NCBI GenBank assembly: GCA_001778875.1 | Contig: MFIK01000041.1 | Coordinates: forward strand, 2,033 to 66,032 | Length of the DNA: 64,000 nucleotides | From: Candidatus Giovannonibacteria bacterium RIFCSPLOWO2_02_FULL_43_54 | GTDB taxonomy: Bacteria; Patescibacteriota; Minisyncoccia; UBA11713; 2-01-FULL-45-33 | Direction of reading: 5' to 3' | Part shown: positions 17,527 to 27,122 of the stretch, in pieces | How the letters are laid out: each line of letters starts with the position of its first letter | How positions within the stretch are numbered: position 1 is the stretch's first letter | Position numbers and translations under genes: made by a program | Notes under the pieces: model-generated | Told to the model about the DNA's origin: nothing | Databases searched by the model: none | Seen by the model: only the letters and a program-made list of their open reading frames with translations

Positions 17527-18594
17527 ATGGATCAGAAATTAGGTCTTATGCCAATAGCGCTCTTAATTTTAGTTCTCGCTGTTCTAGGAGTTGGCGGTGC
17601 GACCCTCTTTTATCCTAAAAAGCGCGTGTTTGCGCCACCGCAAATTTTTCAAGAGCAACAAGAAAAAACGAACACGTACCCAAACCAACTTGAAAATAAT
17701 ATTACCGCGCCAACGCCTTCTACGGCTCCAGCCGCAAAACCATCTGAAAATCAGCCAAGCAAACCAAAACCGTTGCCGCCTCTACCGCCAAAACCCGCAA
17801 CACCAAATTCTCTGACGCCAACTCCAAATCCCTCGACGCCAAGCGTGCCGGCTTATACACTCGTGGCGCATACAGGTGAAGTATTTGGCGCCAAAATTCC
17901 GCGTGGCTGGCGGGTAGAATCAAACCAAAGCGGGATAGATATTATTGATCCCGCCGACGCGGACACAGGAGTATCCGGAGTAGTCGCTGTAGGCTGGTTC
18001 GGCACTCAAACGCCGGACGGCTTCATTGATTTTTTGCTTCAATCCATAGGAGCATCAAATATTAAAACCGAAAACGAATCTACCGAGGCGGTTTACAATG
18101 ATCAGTCAACCGGTCTTCCTTGGGTTGTAAAAACCAGAACATTTACTTTTGTAAAAGGTGGAAAGACGCTGAAAGCCAAAGCAAGCGCCGGCGTTATGAA
18201 TGGTTACGGCCAATATATTGCCTTGATGACAGCATTCCAAACAACGCCGGAAAAATGGAGCCAATGGGCGCCGACACTTGAACGCATCGCGAAATCAATC
18301 ACTATAATCAACCCATCTATGGCCGGAGGTGCACACACCGTTCGTCTTCCTACAGCAGCAGACCTCGCAAACGATTCATCGCCACTGATGGAAGCGTGGG
18401 AATACCGAAATCGCTCGGAAGCGCAAACGTCTCACGAGTTTTCCGATGCTATCATGGGACAGGAAACCGATTTGATTTCTCCTTCGACCGGTCAAATCTA
18501 TACAGTGCCTTTTAGCGCGTATGACCCGACTAAAGGCGGATATCATAACCCAAATAATTACGGTGAAATCCTTGTTGATCCGTATCAGAAATAA
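17527..18594 (+). CDS. Membrane-anchored protein with a Pro/Thr-rich linker and a C-terminal globular domain
   Basis: Transmembrane helix LMPIALLILVLAVLGVGG followed by PTPSTAPAAKPSENQPSKPKPLPPLPPKP; start at the internal ATG after the upstream stop. Confidence 0.5.
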   Translation: MDQKLGLMPIALLILVLAVLGVGGATLFYPKKRVFAPPQIFQEQQEKTNTYPNQLENNITAPTPSTAPAAKPSENQPSKPKPLPPLPPKPATPNSLTPTPNPSTPSVPAYTLVAHTGEVFGAKIPRGWRVESNQSGIDIIDPADADTGVSGVVAVGWFGTQTPDGFIDFLLQSIGASNIKTENESTEAVYNDQSTGLPWVVKTRTFTFVKGGKTLKAKASAGVMNGYGQYIALMTAFQTTPEKWSQWAPTLERIAKSITIINPSMAGGAHTVRLPTAADLANDSSPLMEAWEYRNRSEAQTSHEFSDAIMGQETDLISPSTGQIYTVPFSAYDPTKGGYHNPNNYGEILVDPYQK

Positions 18595-18599
18595 AAAAA

Positions 18600-18624
18600 T
18601 TGACGATCCGGGATCGTCAATTTT
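18600..18624. terminator. Bidirectional intrinsic terminator (TTGACGATC-cgg-GATCGTCAA flanked by A7 and T4)
   Basis: 21-nt near-perfect palindrome between convergent genes. Confidence 0.6.
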
Positions 18625-19024
18625 GAATACGTTTCTTGCTTATCCATGCCGGAGTACGGCAATTTTCAATTTGATCTTTCGGATGTCCGGTATAAGGTTT
18701 TATATCAAGCACAGGGCTTCCTTTATACGCATCAATGCCGTCGATTTTTAAAAAATTTCCATGGCGCCTGATTAATTTCACAATGCTTAATCCTATCGGA
18801 TTCGGGCGATATGGCATGCGCGTAGCGAGCACTCCCTTTAATTGATTTATATTACACGGCTTTGCTCTTTTCATCCAACGTTTTTCCGGAGTCACTTCGT
18901 GCATCCAGTATAAAACGATGATATGTGAAAATCCGCTTATGCCGTCAAGCGCCTCATTCCATTCATGCGCAACCTCGATCGTCGACTTATCAAGAACAAC
19001 GCCTATCGGTTTCAAAGATATCAT
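18617..19024 (-). CDS. trmO: TsaA/YaeB-family tRNA methyltransferase (TrmO-like)
   Basis: MISLKPIGVV...GVLATRMPYRPNPIGLSIVKL matches the TsaA family core; start taken at the internal ATG whose codon overlaps the stop of the upstream SDR gene. Confidence 0.65.
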   Translation of the reverse strand: MISLKPIGVVLDKSTIEVAHEWNEALDGISGFSHIIVLYWMHEVTPEKRWMKRAKPCNINQLKGVLATRMPYRPNPIGLSIVKLIRRHGNFLKIDGIDAYKGSPVLDIKPYTGHPKDQIENCRTPAWISKKRIQN

Positions 19025-19794
19025 GCCAGAAATCCCCCATCGACGCGGATGACTTCTCCGGTCAAAAATTGCGGGGCAGATGTTGCGAGCCAATAAATAA
19101 CTTCGGCAATCTCTTCGGGTTTTCCCAGGCGGCCGAATGGAGTGGCAAGCTTATATCCAGCCACCATTTTTTCAGAAAGCTGTTTCGCCATATCCGTATC
19201 AACAATTCCAGGCGCCACAGCATTCACCGCGATATCGTGCGGCGGGCCGTTTTTATTGAACGGCGCTTCTTTTGCAAGAGCTCTCGTAAGCTGTACGACA
19301 GCTGCTTTGGATGCGGAATAAATCATGTTTCCGGGGTCGGCCATGAAAGCAGAAATTGAAGCTACATTAACGATTCGCCCGTAGCCGTTTGCCTGCATGA
19401 ACGGTAATACGGACTGGCACAACTTTGCGGTACCCCAGAAATTCACGGCCATTATTTTATGCACAGCGTCAAGGTCGGTCTTTATGAGCGGGGTCATAAT
19501 TTGCGGTGCGATACCCGCGACATTGATCAAGATATCTATTTTATTACATACAATGATAAGAGACCTAAACCATTGGTTAGCATTTAAATCGGTTAAGTCA
19601 AAACAATAATTCAAAAATCTCTCGCGCTTTATGGATGTTGGAAGTGATGCAATAAATACGTCTAAATATTCGCGTTTGTTTGGCTGATCAATCAATACAA
19701 GTTTTTGAAAATTTTTATCGTCGGCAAAACACTTGACGACCGCTTGTCCTATTCCTCCCGCTGCTCCGGTTATCAAAACGGTTTTTTGGGCCAT
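19021..19794 (-). CDS. Short-chain dehydrogenase/reductase (3-oxoacyl-reductase-like)
   Basis: Rossmann motif VLITGAAGGIGQAV; NVAGIA; catalytic YSASKAA; 257 aa. Confidence 0.8.
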   Translation of the reverse strand: MAQKTVLITGAAGGIGQAVVKCFADDKNFQKLVLIDQPNKREYLDVFIASLPTSIKRERFLNYCFDLTDLNANQWFRSLIIVCNKIDILINVAGIAPQIMTPLIKTDLDAVHKIMAVNFWGTAKLCQSVLPFMQANGYGRIVNVASISAFMADPGNMIYSASKAAVVQLTRALAKEAPFNKNGPPHDIAVNAVAPGIVDTDMAKQLSEKMVAGYKLATPFGRLGKPEEIAEVIYWLATSAPQFLTGEVIRVDGGFLA

Positions 19795-19885
19795 GTTATT
19801 CTCCTCTCAAGGTTATTTTCGTCTATTGGAGTTTTAGCTTATTTGCGCTAGCTTGTAAAGAGATTTGAGAATTATTGGTGTTTTT

Positions 19886-21034
19886 ATGGCTAAGGCGCGA
19901 AAAAACGACTCGTTCATTATAGCGGCGAAACGACTGCCTATCGGCAAACGAAAAGGAATGTTCAAAAAATTTACCGCGGAAACTCTCGCGGCGGCAGTCA
20001 TCAGGAGCATTATCAGAATAGATCATGGCTATATTGATGATGTTATTATCGGTAATTATGGCGGTGTTTATGAATTACCTGATGGAACACTGTGTCTTAA
20101 ACAAAATCCTGCGAAGCAGGCGGTAACGGAAGCGGGTTTCGGATCTCTCAACGCATGGACTCTCAACAAAGTTTGTAGTTCGGGACTCCGGTCCGTAATG
20201 CTTGCGGACTCGATGATACGCGCGGGGCATGCTAAGTGCGTGCTTGCCGGCGGGATGGAAAGTTTGAGCGGATTTTCAAAAGAAAATATTTTGGCGCTTC
20301 TTCGCGACCCTTTTGACGGCTATATGGCATATGAAGCCGGCGAATGGTGTGCGGAAAAATTCGGCATTGGAAGAGATGAACAGGACGATTGGGCAATAGA
20401 AAGCTACAAAAAAGCGCGCTTCGCCGTAAATTCAGATATTTTCCAAGAAGAGATATTGTCGTTTAACGGAATGTATAAAGATGAAGAGCCGCTCATCGGT
20501 CCGGATGAAAAATATATTCTTTCCGATAAAACTATTTTTGAAATATTGAACAAAACTGTCGGCGGGACAATCACCGCAAGTAATGCCTCAAAAAACGCTG
20601 ACGGAACAGCGATGTGTTTAGTGGCAAACGAAACAATCGCGAAAATGCCGGGGCTTCAGCCCCTCGGCAGAATTTTGGAACATGCTTCATATGCTCACCA
20701 TGGAGATACCAAGAGTTTTACTATCGCTCCGCCGTTCGCTATCCGCCTTGCGGTTGAAAAAGCCGGCTTGAAGATTAGCGACATTGATTTTTTTGAAATA
20801 AACGCCGCTTTTGCTTCCGTAGTGCTTTACGCGATGTGCGCGCTCAAACTTCCGGCAGAAAAAGTTAATGTAAATGGAGATGCGATTTCTTTTGGGCACC
20901 CTATCGGCGCGACCGGGACAATTTTGCTGATCAAAATGCTATATTTTTTAAAACACAGTGGCGCGAGATATGGCGTTGTCAGTCTTTGTAATGCCGGAGG
21001 CGAAGCCACAGCTATGGTGGTTGAAAGCTTTTGA
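19886..21034 (+). CDS. Thiolase (acetyl-CoA C-acyltransferase family)
   Basis: Active-site Cys region NKVCSSGLRSVMLA; C-terminal GHPIGATG and CNAGGEATA motifs; start at the ATG inside the listed ORF. Confidence 0.85.
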   Translation: MAKARKNDSFIIAAKRLPIGKRKGMFKKFTAETLAAAVIRSIIRIDHGYIDDVIIGNYGGVYELPDGTLCLKQNPAKQAVTEAGFGSLNAWTLNKVCSSGLRSVMLADSMIRAGHAKCVLAGGMESLSGFSKENILALLRDPFDGYMAYEAGEWCAEKFGIGRDEQDDWAIESYKKARFAVNSDIFQEEILSFNGMYKDEEPLIGPDEKYILSDKTIFEILNKTVGGTITASNASKNADGTAMCLVANETIAKMPGLQPLGRILEHASYAHHGDTKSFTIAPPFAIRLAVEKAGLKISDIDFFEINAAFASVVLYAMCALKLPAEKVNVNGDAISFGHPIGATGTILLIKMLYFLKHSGARYGVVSLCNAGGEATAMVVESF

Positions 21035-21087
21035 GCACAAAACAAAAAACCTGTCCTGATTATGGATCGGCTTTTTTTTATTAATTT

Positions 21088-21119
21088 CCTCACTTAGCAA
21101 TCCGATTGCTAAGTGAGGA
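21088..21119. repeat. 32-nt perfect palindrome CCTCACTTAGCAATC-cg-GATTGCTAAGTGAGG overlapping the yraN stop codon
   Basis: 15-bp arms; related to the second palindrome inside yraN. Confidence 0.6.
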
Positions 21120-21498
21120 TAATATTTTCCAGCATCCGGATTCTAGCCTTTTTACGCTCAAAATCAAGGAAAACGGCGGCGATGTCGATTTGGAAATCGG
21201 TTTCATCAGGAATCTTTCTGTCCAATAGATATGTCTTGATCGCGCGCGTTAGCCTTTGTTTTTTCCATAATCTCATATTGGCCTCCGGCATATATTCGCT
21301 CACTTGGAAACCCGGTTTCCAAGTGAGCGATTTCACCTCAATAAAGTGCAATCCGTCCTTATTTTGAGCCACAATATCGATTTCTCCCCATTTCTTCAAA
21401 TAGTTTCTTTCAACAATTTTATATCCCCTACCCTTCAGAAATCGGCAAGTGAATTCTTCCCCAATATCTCCTATTTTTCGTTTTTCTGATTTCGGCAT
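21109..21498 (-). CDS. yraN: YraN/UPF0102-family endonuclease-like protein
   Basis: GEEFTCRFLKGRGYKIVERNYLKKWGEIDIVAQ...HFIEVKS fits the YraN family; 129 aa. Confidence 0.65.
   Translation of the reverse strand: MPKSEKRKIGDIGEEFTCRFLKGRGYKIVERNYLKKWGEIDIVAQNKDGLHFIEVKSLTWKPGFQVSEYMPEANMRLWKKQRLTRAIKTYLLDRKIPDETDFQIDIAAVFLDFERKKARIRMLENIILT
21297..21329. repeat. 33-nt perfect palindrome CGCTCACTTGGAAAC-ccg-GTTTCCAAGTGAGCG, in-frame inside yraN (encodes SLTWKPGFQVSE)
   Basis: 15-bp arms with a 3-nt loop; about 70% identical to the palindrome at the gene 3-prime end. Confidence 0.6.
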
Positions 21499-21500
21499 TA

Positions 21501-22238
21501 TTAATCCTTAGCATTATCCCAGCTCATTTTCCAAATATTGCGGAACGTATCGGACAAATCTTTGTTTTCTATGATTAAACCTATTTCGTCTTTGCTCGAA
21601 AAAATGGCTATTTTATCGTCATAAATCATGATTTCGTTGGTTATATGATACTTATTTTCCGGAAAAATCCTCGCATTTCTCAAAACTAGTTCACCAATTT
21701 CTTGAGCGTGCTTACCTGCGGGGTTATCCGGCGCTAAGCCGCGAACCGATATTTTGCGTCGAGCTCGTTCGTAAACATATCGGTCAACATATTTTTTGCC
21801 CAAAACCGACTCAATATCTTCAGGATTCGTAAATGTCAAAATCTCGCTTTTTGAGTTTAACGAATCGTCATAGATTGATTTAATCCCACCAATCCCTTCA
21901 AAAAAGTAGATTTTTGGTTTTTTGGCTATTTTGTTTGCGCCAGCCAAAAATTCTGGAACAGCCGCCTCGGCTAGAGCCAGTTTTTCTTTGACTTGTTTCA
22001 CAATAATACGCGGATCTACTGCCACAAAATGTTTTTTTTTCTTTTTTAAAAATATCCGCACAATACCACGCTTTTCCAGCCGCTTCAAAATCTCGTAATT
22101 TGTGATCCTATTTAATCTTGTCCGATTGGAAATTTGGGTATTTGAGCCGTCATCAAGCTCCAAGCAAGCCAAATATACAGTAGCTTCTTTGTCGTCAAAC
22201 CCAATCCCTTCAAGTATTTTTTGTAAATTTTCAGCCAT
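21501..22238 (-). CDS. TrmB-family transcriptional regulator (N-terminal wHTH plus C-terminal sensor domain)
   Basis: N-terminus LEGIGFDDKEATVYLACLELDDGSNTQISNRTRLNRITNYEILKRLEKRGIV matches the TrmB HTH; 245 aa. Confidence 0.6.
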   Translation of the reverse strand: MAENLQKILEGIGFDDKEATVYLACLELDDGSNTQISNRTRLNRITNYEILKRLEKRGIVRIFLKKKKKHFVAVDPRIIVKQVKEKLALAEAAVPEFLAGANKIAKKPKIYFFEGIGGIKSIYDDSLNSKSEILTFTNPEDIESVLGKKYVDRYVYERARRKISVRGLAPDNPAGKHAQEIGELVLRNARIFPENKYHITNEIMIYDDKIAIFSSKDEIGLIIENKDLSDTFRNIWKMSWDNAKD

Positions 22239-22327
22239 TGTCGTAAATTATTTCTACAATATTTAGTATATATTATCCTTATAAAATAAGCAAGTTTTGA
22301 TATGCGAACCAATTTTAGTAAAAGATA

Positions 22328-22356
22328 TTGACCTAATTTAAATTTTAAGCTAAGAT
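22328..22356 (+). promoter_or_regulatory. Candidate promoter TTGACC-N17-TAAGAT with downstream Shine-Dalgarno GGAGG for ORF 22390
   Basis: Consensus-like hexamers in the divergent intergenic region. Confidence 0.35.
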
Positions 22357-22389
22357 ATAGCCAGAAGAATCTGAAATGGAGGAAAAACA

Positions 22390-22839
22390 ATGACCGGACA
22401 ATACTTGTTGGATTTAACTTCAAATTTTGGCGATCCTTTTCCATTCCATAATGTGATGCCGATGCATCCTTTTGACAAAATAAATTGGCAAACCACTATG
22501 CGCTGGGCAAATATATATTTAGTTGCTTACAAGACTAAACAAACTAATAAAAAGGTTATGCATGATTTTGTTAAATTTGCTAGAGGCATGGCAGAAAAGC
22601 CACCGCATCATAGCCTCAAGTCACTATGGAATCTGCGTGAATATTTTGGAATATTAGAACAACACCCTCGTTGTAAAGAATGTGGCCTGGAGATCGCAGG
22701 AACCTCTAGTTTATGGGATCTGGATTATTTTGAAAGAGTTCTTCTTAAACAGCCTAAAAAATATGATTATTTTTTCGAGAATTATCTTTTACCTGAAAAA
22801 TGGGTTTTGTATTATATAAAAAGCCGATCTATAGGCTAA
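22390..22839 (+). CDS. Hypothetical protein (149 aa) containing a CxxC pair
   Basis: ORF with upstream Shine-Dalgarno; no recognisable family. Confidence 0.4.
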   Translation: MTGQYLLDLTSNFGDPFPFHNVMPMHPFDKINWQTTMRWANIYLVAYKTKQTNKKVMHDFVKFARGMAEKPPHHSLKSLWNLREYFGILEQHPRCKECGLEIAGTSSLWDLDYFERVLLKQPKKYDYFFENYLLPEKWVLYYIKSRSIG

Positions 22840-22844
22840 ATACA

Positions 22845-22890
22845 AAAACTCCGATATGAATCGGAGTTTTCTTGTTTCATATGAAACAAG
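22845..22890. terminator. Two adjacent hairpins between convergent genes: AAAACTCCGA(tatgaa)TCGGAGTTTT and the 20-nt palindrome CTTGTTTCATATGAAACAAG
   Basis: Perfect inverted repeats with an A-run and T-run on either side; likely bidirectional terminator. Confidence 0.55.
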
Positions 22891-22909
22891 GGCTTTTCTT
22901 TTACACTTG

Positions 22910-24328
22910 TCAAAGCGTGTTCCAAATCAGTTTGTACAGATTATCAAATCCACGGCAGGACATGATACAAATCGCGTCCCCAGGCTTAATTTGACGTTTC
23001 ATGTGTAACAACATTGGCTTAATATCTTCAAAATTCCATGATTTCACCTGCCTACCGGTAGACAAGGCGTGTAACTTATTAAGCTGGGATGATACATATT
23101 TACCATTAAACGTTTCACGCTTTTTAAGAGAGTTGGCTTTAAAAGGCTTGTAAAGATAAACTAAATCGGCACGTTTGAAAGATTCAATGTATTGTTTCTC
23201 GAACACCCTTCGCTTCGATGAAGCAGAGCCGGGTTCAAACACACAGATAATACGTTTCATGGGAAACTTTTCTCGTACGGCATCGAGCGTAAGGCGTACG
23301 GCAGTTGGGTGATGCGCATAATCATCAATTATAGTTATTCCGTTTTTCTCTCCAATAATTTCTTGTCTGCGTTTTACGCCTTCAAATGATTCAATGGCTT
23401 TTTTAATTTTCGCATCCGGAATTTTTAAGAACTTGGCAATCGCAATCGCCCCAAGAATATTTGAGATATTGTACTTACCGATCAGCTTTGTTCGTATGTC
23501 CGATAGTGCGTGTCCATTATAATGGACATCGAAAGAAATATAATCGCCGGTAAATTTAATATTTCTTGCTTTATAATCTCCGCTTTTTACCCCATAGGTT
23601 GCGATAGGGGATTTGGCCATTTTTTGGCTTAAAATAAGGGTGTTTTTGTTTTCACATGAAACAGCTATCAGGCCGTTTTGAGGTATTAAATTTATGAATC
23701 TTCCGAATGCAAATTTGATGGCATCAAGGTCTTTATAAATATCTACATGGTCTAATTCGATATTATTTACTAAACCAATGAATGGGCGGTAATGCCAGAA
23801 TTTAGGACCTTTATCAAAAAATGCCGTATCGTATTCATCGCCTTCCAAAACAACGTATTTTCCTTTGCCCAATTTAAAACTTGAGTTAAAGTTTTTTGCC
23901 AAACCGCCAACAAAAACTGTTGGATCCAACTTTGCATATTCCAATATCCAACTCACTAAAGCCGTGATGGTTGTTTTGCCATGCGTGCCAGCAATCACAA
24001 TAGATTTTTTACCCTCAATAAATTCAGATCGAAGTATATCGGACATTGACCGATAGAGAAGTCCGTTAGAAATTGCTAATTCAAGTTCCGGATTTCCTCT
24101 GCCTATTGCGTTACCTACAACTACGATGTCCGGCTTCCAGCGTTTCATATGAAACCCATTATATGGTGTAAATACAGGTATTTTTAAGGATCTCAACATA
24201 TCTGACATTGGTGGGTAGACATCCTGATCGGATCCAGCAACCTCATATCCTTTCTTTTTCAAGAGCCCTGCAAGGCTGGCCATGGCAACGCCAGCAATTC
24301 CAATCAAATAATATTTTTTCTTCTGCAT
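22910..24328 (-). CDS. mpl: Mur ligase family protein, Mpl-like (UDP-N-acetylmuramate:L-Ala-D-Glu-meso-DAP ligase) or MurC
   Basis: N-terminus YYLIGIAGVAMASLAGLLKKKGYEVAGSDQDVYPPMSDML (Mpl signature DxNVYPPMS); ATP site GTHGKTT; 472 aa. Confidence 0.7.
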   Translation of the reverse strand: MQKKKYYLIGIAGVAMASLAGLLKKKGYEVAGSDQDVYPPMSDMLRSLKIPVFTPYNGFHMKRWKPDIVVVGNAIGRGNPELELAISNGLLYRSMSDILRSEFIEGKKSIVIAGTHGKTTITALVSWILEYAKLDPTVFVGGLAKNFNSSFKLGKGKYVVLEGDEYDTAFFDKGPKFWHYRPFIGLVNNIELDHVDIYKDLDAIKFAFGRFINLIPQNGLIAVSCENKNTLILSQKMAKSPIATYGVKSGDYKARNIKFTGDYISFDVHYNGHALSDIRTKLIGKYNISNILGAIAIAKFLKIPDAKIKKAIESFEGVKRRQEIIGEKNGITIIDDYAHHPTAVRLTLDAVREKFPMKRIICVFEPGSASSKRRVFEKQYIESFKRADLVYLYKPFKANSLKKRETFNGKYVSSQLNKLHALSTGRQVKSWNFEDIKPMLLHMKRQIKPGDAICIMSCRGFDNLYKLIWNTL

Positions 24329-24378
24329 TACAAAATGATAGCACTCTAGGCATAATTTAGAATAGTTTTGTTATAAAA

Positions 24379-24404
24379 AAAGCACAGATTTTACTCTGTG
24401 CTTT
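24379..24404 (-). terminator. Intrinsic terminator AAAGCACAGA(ttttac)TCTGTGCTTT with a T-run on the minus strand
   Basis: 10-bp perfect stem downstream of the LysM protein gene. Confidence 0.55.
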
Positions 24405-24494
24405 GTGTAATACCGCATTTTATCAAGCTTTGGCTCTTTTCGGGCCTCCGCTTAATCTTGTTATTTTTTCCTTTGACTTTCTCGCCGGAAAAAA

Positions 24495-25421
24495 TTATGC
24501 GTTATCTACAGTTTCTTTTAGTTCTGATTCCTTTGTTTTTCCGTGTTGTTGGAAATAATGTGAAAGAGCGTTTTGTGGCGAAACTTCGGTATTGCAGTCC
24601 TTGAATTTACATCTCACCTTGACCGTGTCGAACATTATGTATTGACCGCTTCGAGTCTTAAATCGTGGCATATATGCGGCGGTAGCAAGCTCTACGTATA
24701 GCGCCCCTCTTTCAATGCGAGTGCGGTCCAATTCCGTCATACATTCATTAAGTTTTAAAACCAAGCTGTCATTTTCAGTTTTCAGTCTTTTAATTTCATC
24801 ACATGAGCCTTCCTGCAGGCTCAATTCCTCGGTTTTTAGACTTAATTTGGTTTTTAGATTATTTATTTGGTTTACGGCGCCATCTCTCCAAAGCTCCAGT
24901 CCTTTCAGGGCCGTTTCTTTTTCTTTCAGGGCCACATCTTTTTCTTCTAAGTCTTTTTCCATTCCGTCTTTAAATGCTGCAGTACGGATCATTATGACGA
25001 GCAGTCCTATGAAGAGAAATCCGGCTATAATACCCACTCCGCCAAGCAAAAATGATTTTTTGGAATTTGCTTTTGTTAATTCAGCGTTTTTCTGCTTCAC
25101 CGCAATCGCTTTACGGCTTTCTTCGTTTAAAACCCTTAAAGCTTCTTTTACGGAAACGATATCGGGTATAGTGATTTTGCATCCTCTCAAAATAAGATTT
25201 TCATTTTTAATGCAACGACTGCCCTCGTTGGCCCACAAAAGCCTTTCTTTGGTGGTATCAAACCGCTTCGCGATGCGAGGCAGATTATCACCCCTTTGGA
25301 TATTATATTTGAATGTTCTTAATATGACTTGACCTCGTTCCTCAGCAAAAGACGCATCGTTATAACCAACGCTTATTACAAAACCCAAAACCACCAAAAC
25401 CGCTAAAATAATCTTTTTCAT
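24495..25421 (-). CDS. LysM-domain membrane protein with a coiled-coil and a C-terminal C2H2-type zinc-finger-like motif
   Basis: Signal/transmembrane MKKIILAVLVVLGFV; LysM YNIQRGDNLPRIAKRFDTTKERLLWAN; second transmembrane segment; C-terminal C-X4-C-X12-H-X4-H (RCKFKDCNTEVSPQNALSHYFQQH). Confidence 0.5.
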   Translation of the reverse strand: MKKIILAVLVVLGFVISVGYNDASFAEERGQVILRTFKYNIQRGDNLPRIAKRFDTTKERLLWANEGSRCIKNENLILRGCKITIPDIVSVKEALRVLNEESRKAIAVKQKNAELTKANSKKSFLLGGVGIIAGFLFIGLLVIMIRTAAFKDGMEKDLEEKDVALKEKETALKGLELWRDGAVNQINNLKTKLSLKTEELSLQEGSCDEIKRLKTENDSLVLKLNECMTELDRTRIERGALYVELATAAYMPRFKTRSGQYIMFDTVKVRCKFKDCNTEVSPQNALSHYFQQHGKTKESELKETVDNA

Positions 25422-25465
25422 TGTCAAAACCCTCCAAAATCGAAAAATAATCTGTACAAACCTTA

Positions 25466-25494
25466 ACAAAAAAGCCGCCTTTTTGCAAGGCGGC
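25466..25494 (-). terminator. Intrinsic terminator GCCGCCTT(tttgc)AAGGCGGC with a T6 run on the minus strand, downstream of the acyl-CoA dehydrogenase gene
   Basis: 8-bp perfect stem plus T-run. Confidence 0.6.
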
Positions 25495-25500
25495 AGGGTT

Positions 25501-27006
25501 TTACCTGCTTTGAAGCAGATATTCTTTGGCGCTTTCCAGCAAATGTTCCGTTTCCGCGTGGTATTTATTTGGCCACTTTAGGCGGATTTGATCGAAAATA
25601 AGATCACGCAAAAGTTCCGAATTTTGGAAAATCATAAATTCTTTAGGCCATTCCTTGGAAAACTCGCTTTTTATGAGATCCCATGCGGCCACCAAAGGCA
25701 TGATATTCGCGGTTTTTGCAGAAAGCCTTTGGTTTTTGAGTTTTAAGAAATTTCCGCCTCCCATTTCGACTTTAAGCCTGTGTTTCAGCTCCATAAGCTC
25801 CAAATGCTCCACATAAGCAGAAAACAAAAATTTGTTTTTGAACCATGCGTCTAAAATAACGCCGATCTGGACTTCCGACGCGCCTTCATAAATGTCAAAA
25901 ACAAGACTGTCCGCGACAAGCGGCGTTATCGGAGTTTCCATAACATATCCAGATCCTCCAAAAATTCGGTTTACCGCCTGAATTCTCTTTCTCGCGGCTT
26001 GCGATGCGTAAAGCTTAGCCAGCGATGCGTAATGATAAAATTCCTTGCCTTCGTCCTCCAGTTTTGCCGAATAGAAAAGTAAAATTTTGGAAATATCTAT
26101 ATCTCGCGCCAGCTCGCTGATCTCATCATAAATTTTTGAATGATTAATCAGGGGCTCTCCGAAAGTTGTGCGAAGCTGCGCGTATTCTAAAGCCAGTTCC
26201 ATGGCGTGTTCCATAACGCCGATGGCCTGCGCCGCGATCCAGTTTCTTCCATGCGCGAGTGTTGACATTGCGATTTTGAAACCATTTTCGTATTCGCCGA
26301 AAAGATTACTCTCAAACAGATGATAATTATCAAAGAAAATTTTTCCCATATGCGCGGCGTGATTTCCTAGCTTGTGGTCCGGTAATGGAATGGTCAAACT
26401 TGGAGGAGTAGGCCTAAGAAGATGTGGCAAAAAAGCTGTAATGCCTTTGGGGCCCGGCTTATTACGATTGGTGCGGGCAAACAGGATAATAAACTCTGCG
26501 ACCGGTATGTTTGTGATGAATTGTTTTTGTCCGCTTGCCAGCCATCCTCCCACAACTTTTTCCGCGAAAGTTTTGATGCCTCCCGCGTCTGATCCGTAAT
26601 CCGGCTCCGTTAGCCCAAAGGAACCCAAAATTTTCCCCACAGCAAGACGCGGAAGATATGCTTCTTTTTGGCTCTTGCTTCCGAATTTTGAAAGGGGATA
26701 GCTGACAAGAGAATTTCCGACAGCAAGTATCAATGATCCGCCCGACCAAACTCTTGCCATCTCAATCATGGCAAGCACGCCGGACAAATTGTCCGCACCC
26801 TGCCCGCCAAATTCTTCCGGAATATTTATCCCGGTCAGCCCGAGCTCTGCCATCGCATGCACAAATTCCCATGGAAAAGGCGCCCCGTGAAATTCGTATT
26901 TTATGATCATTTCTTTGATGTCTTTTCGTATATTTTGCGTCTTTTCATCCCAAAGCCGGTGTCTGACGTTATTCCTCACCATCAGATGCTCTTCGGAAAA
27001 CTTCAT
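25501..27006 (-). CDS. Acyl-CoA dehydrogenase family protein with a ~100-aa C-terminal extension
   Basis: ACAD N/M/C-domain motifs (GLTEPDYGSDAGGIKT, QKQFITN, IFGGSGYVMETPI); 501 aa. Confidence 0.85.
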   Translation of the reverse strand: MKFSEEHLMVRNNVRHRLWDEKTQNIRKDIKEMIIKYEFHGAPFPWEFVHAMAELGLTGINIPEEFGGQGADNLSGVLAMIEMARVWSGGSLILAVGNSLVSYPLSKFGSKSQKEAYLPRLAVGKILGSFGLTEPDYGSDAGGIKTFAEKVVGGWLASGQKQFITNIPVAEFIILFARTNRNKPGPKGITAFLPHLLRPTPPSLTIPLPDHKLGNHAAHMGKIFFDNYHLFESNLFGEYENGFKIAMSTLAHGRNWIAAQAIGVMEHAMELALEYAQLRTTFGEPLINHSKIYDEISELARDIDISKILLFYSAKLEDEGKEFYHYASLAKLYASQAARKRIQAVNRIFGGSGYVMETPITPLVADSLVFDIYEGASEVQIGVILDAWFKNKFLFSAYVEHLELMELKHRLKVEMGGGNFLKLKNQRLSAKTANIMPLVAAWDLIKSEFSKEWPKEFMIFQNSELLRDLIFDQIRLKWPNKYHAETEHLLESAKEYLLQSR

Positions 27007-27122
27007 TTTTTGGTCCTTTCAATCTGCAAAAAATATAGCACCAGTTAGCATCAAGTACTATTGACAAGATTTATATACTATGATATTCTCAAAATAGAAA
27101 ATTTTCCCTACCGACAGGGCTC

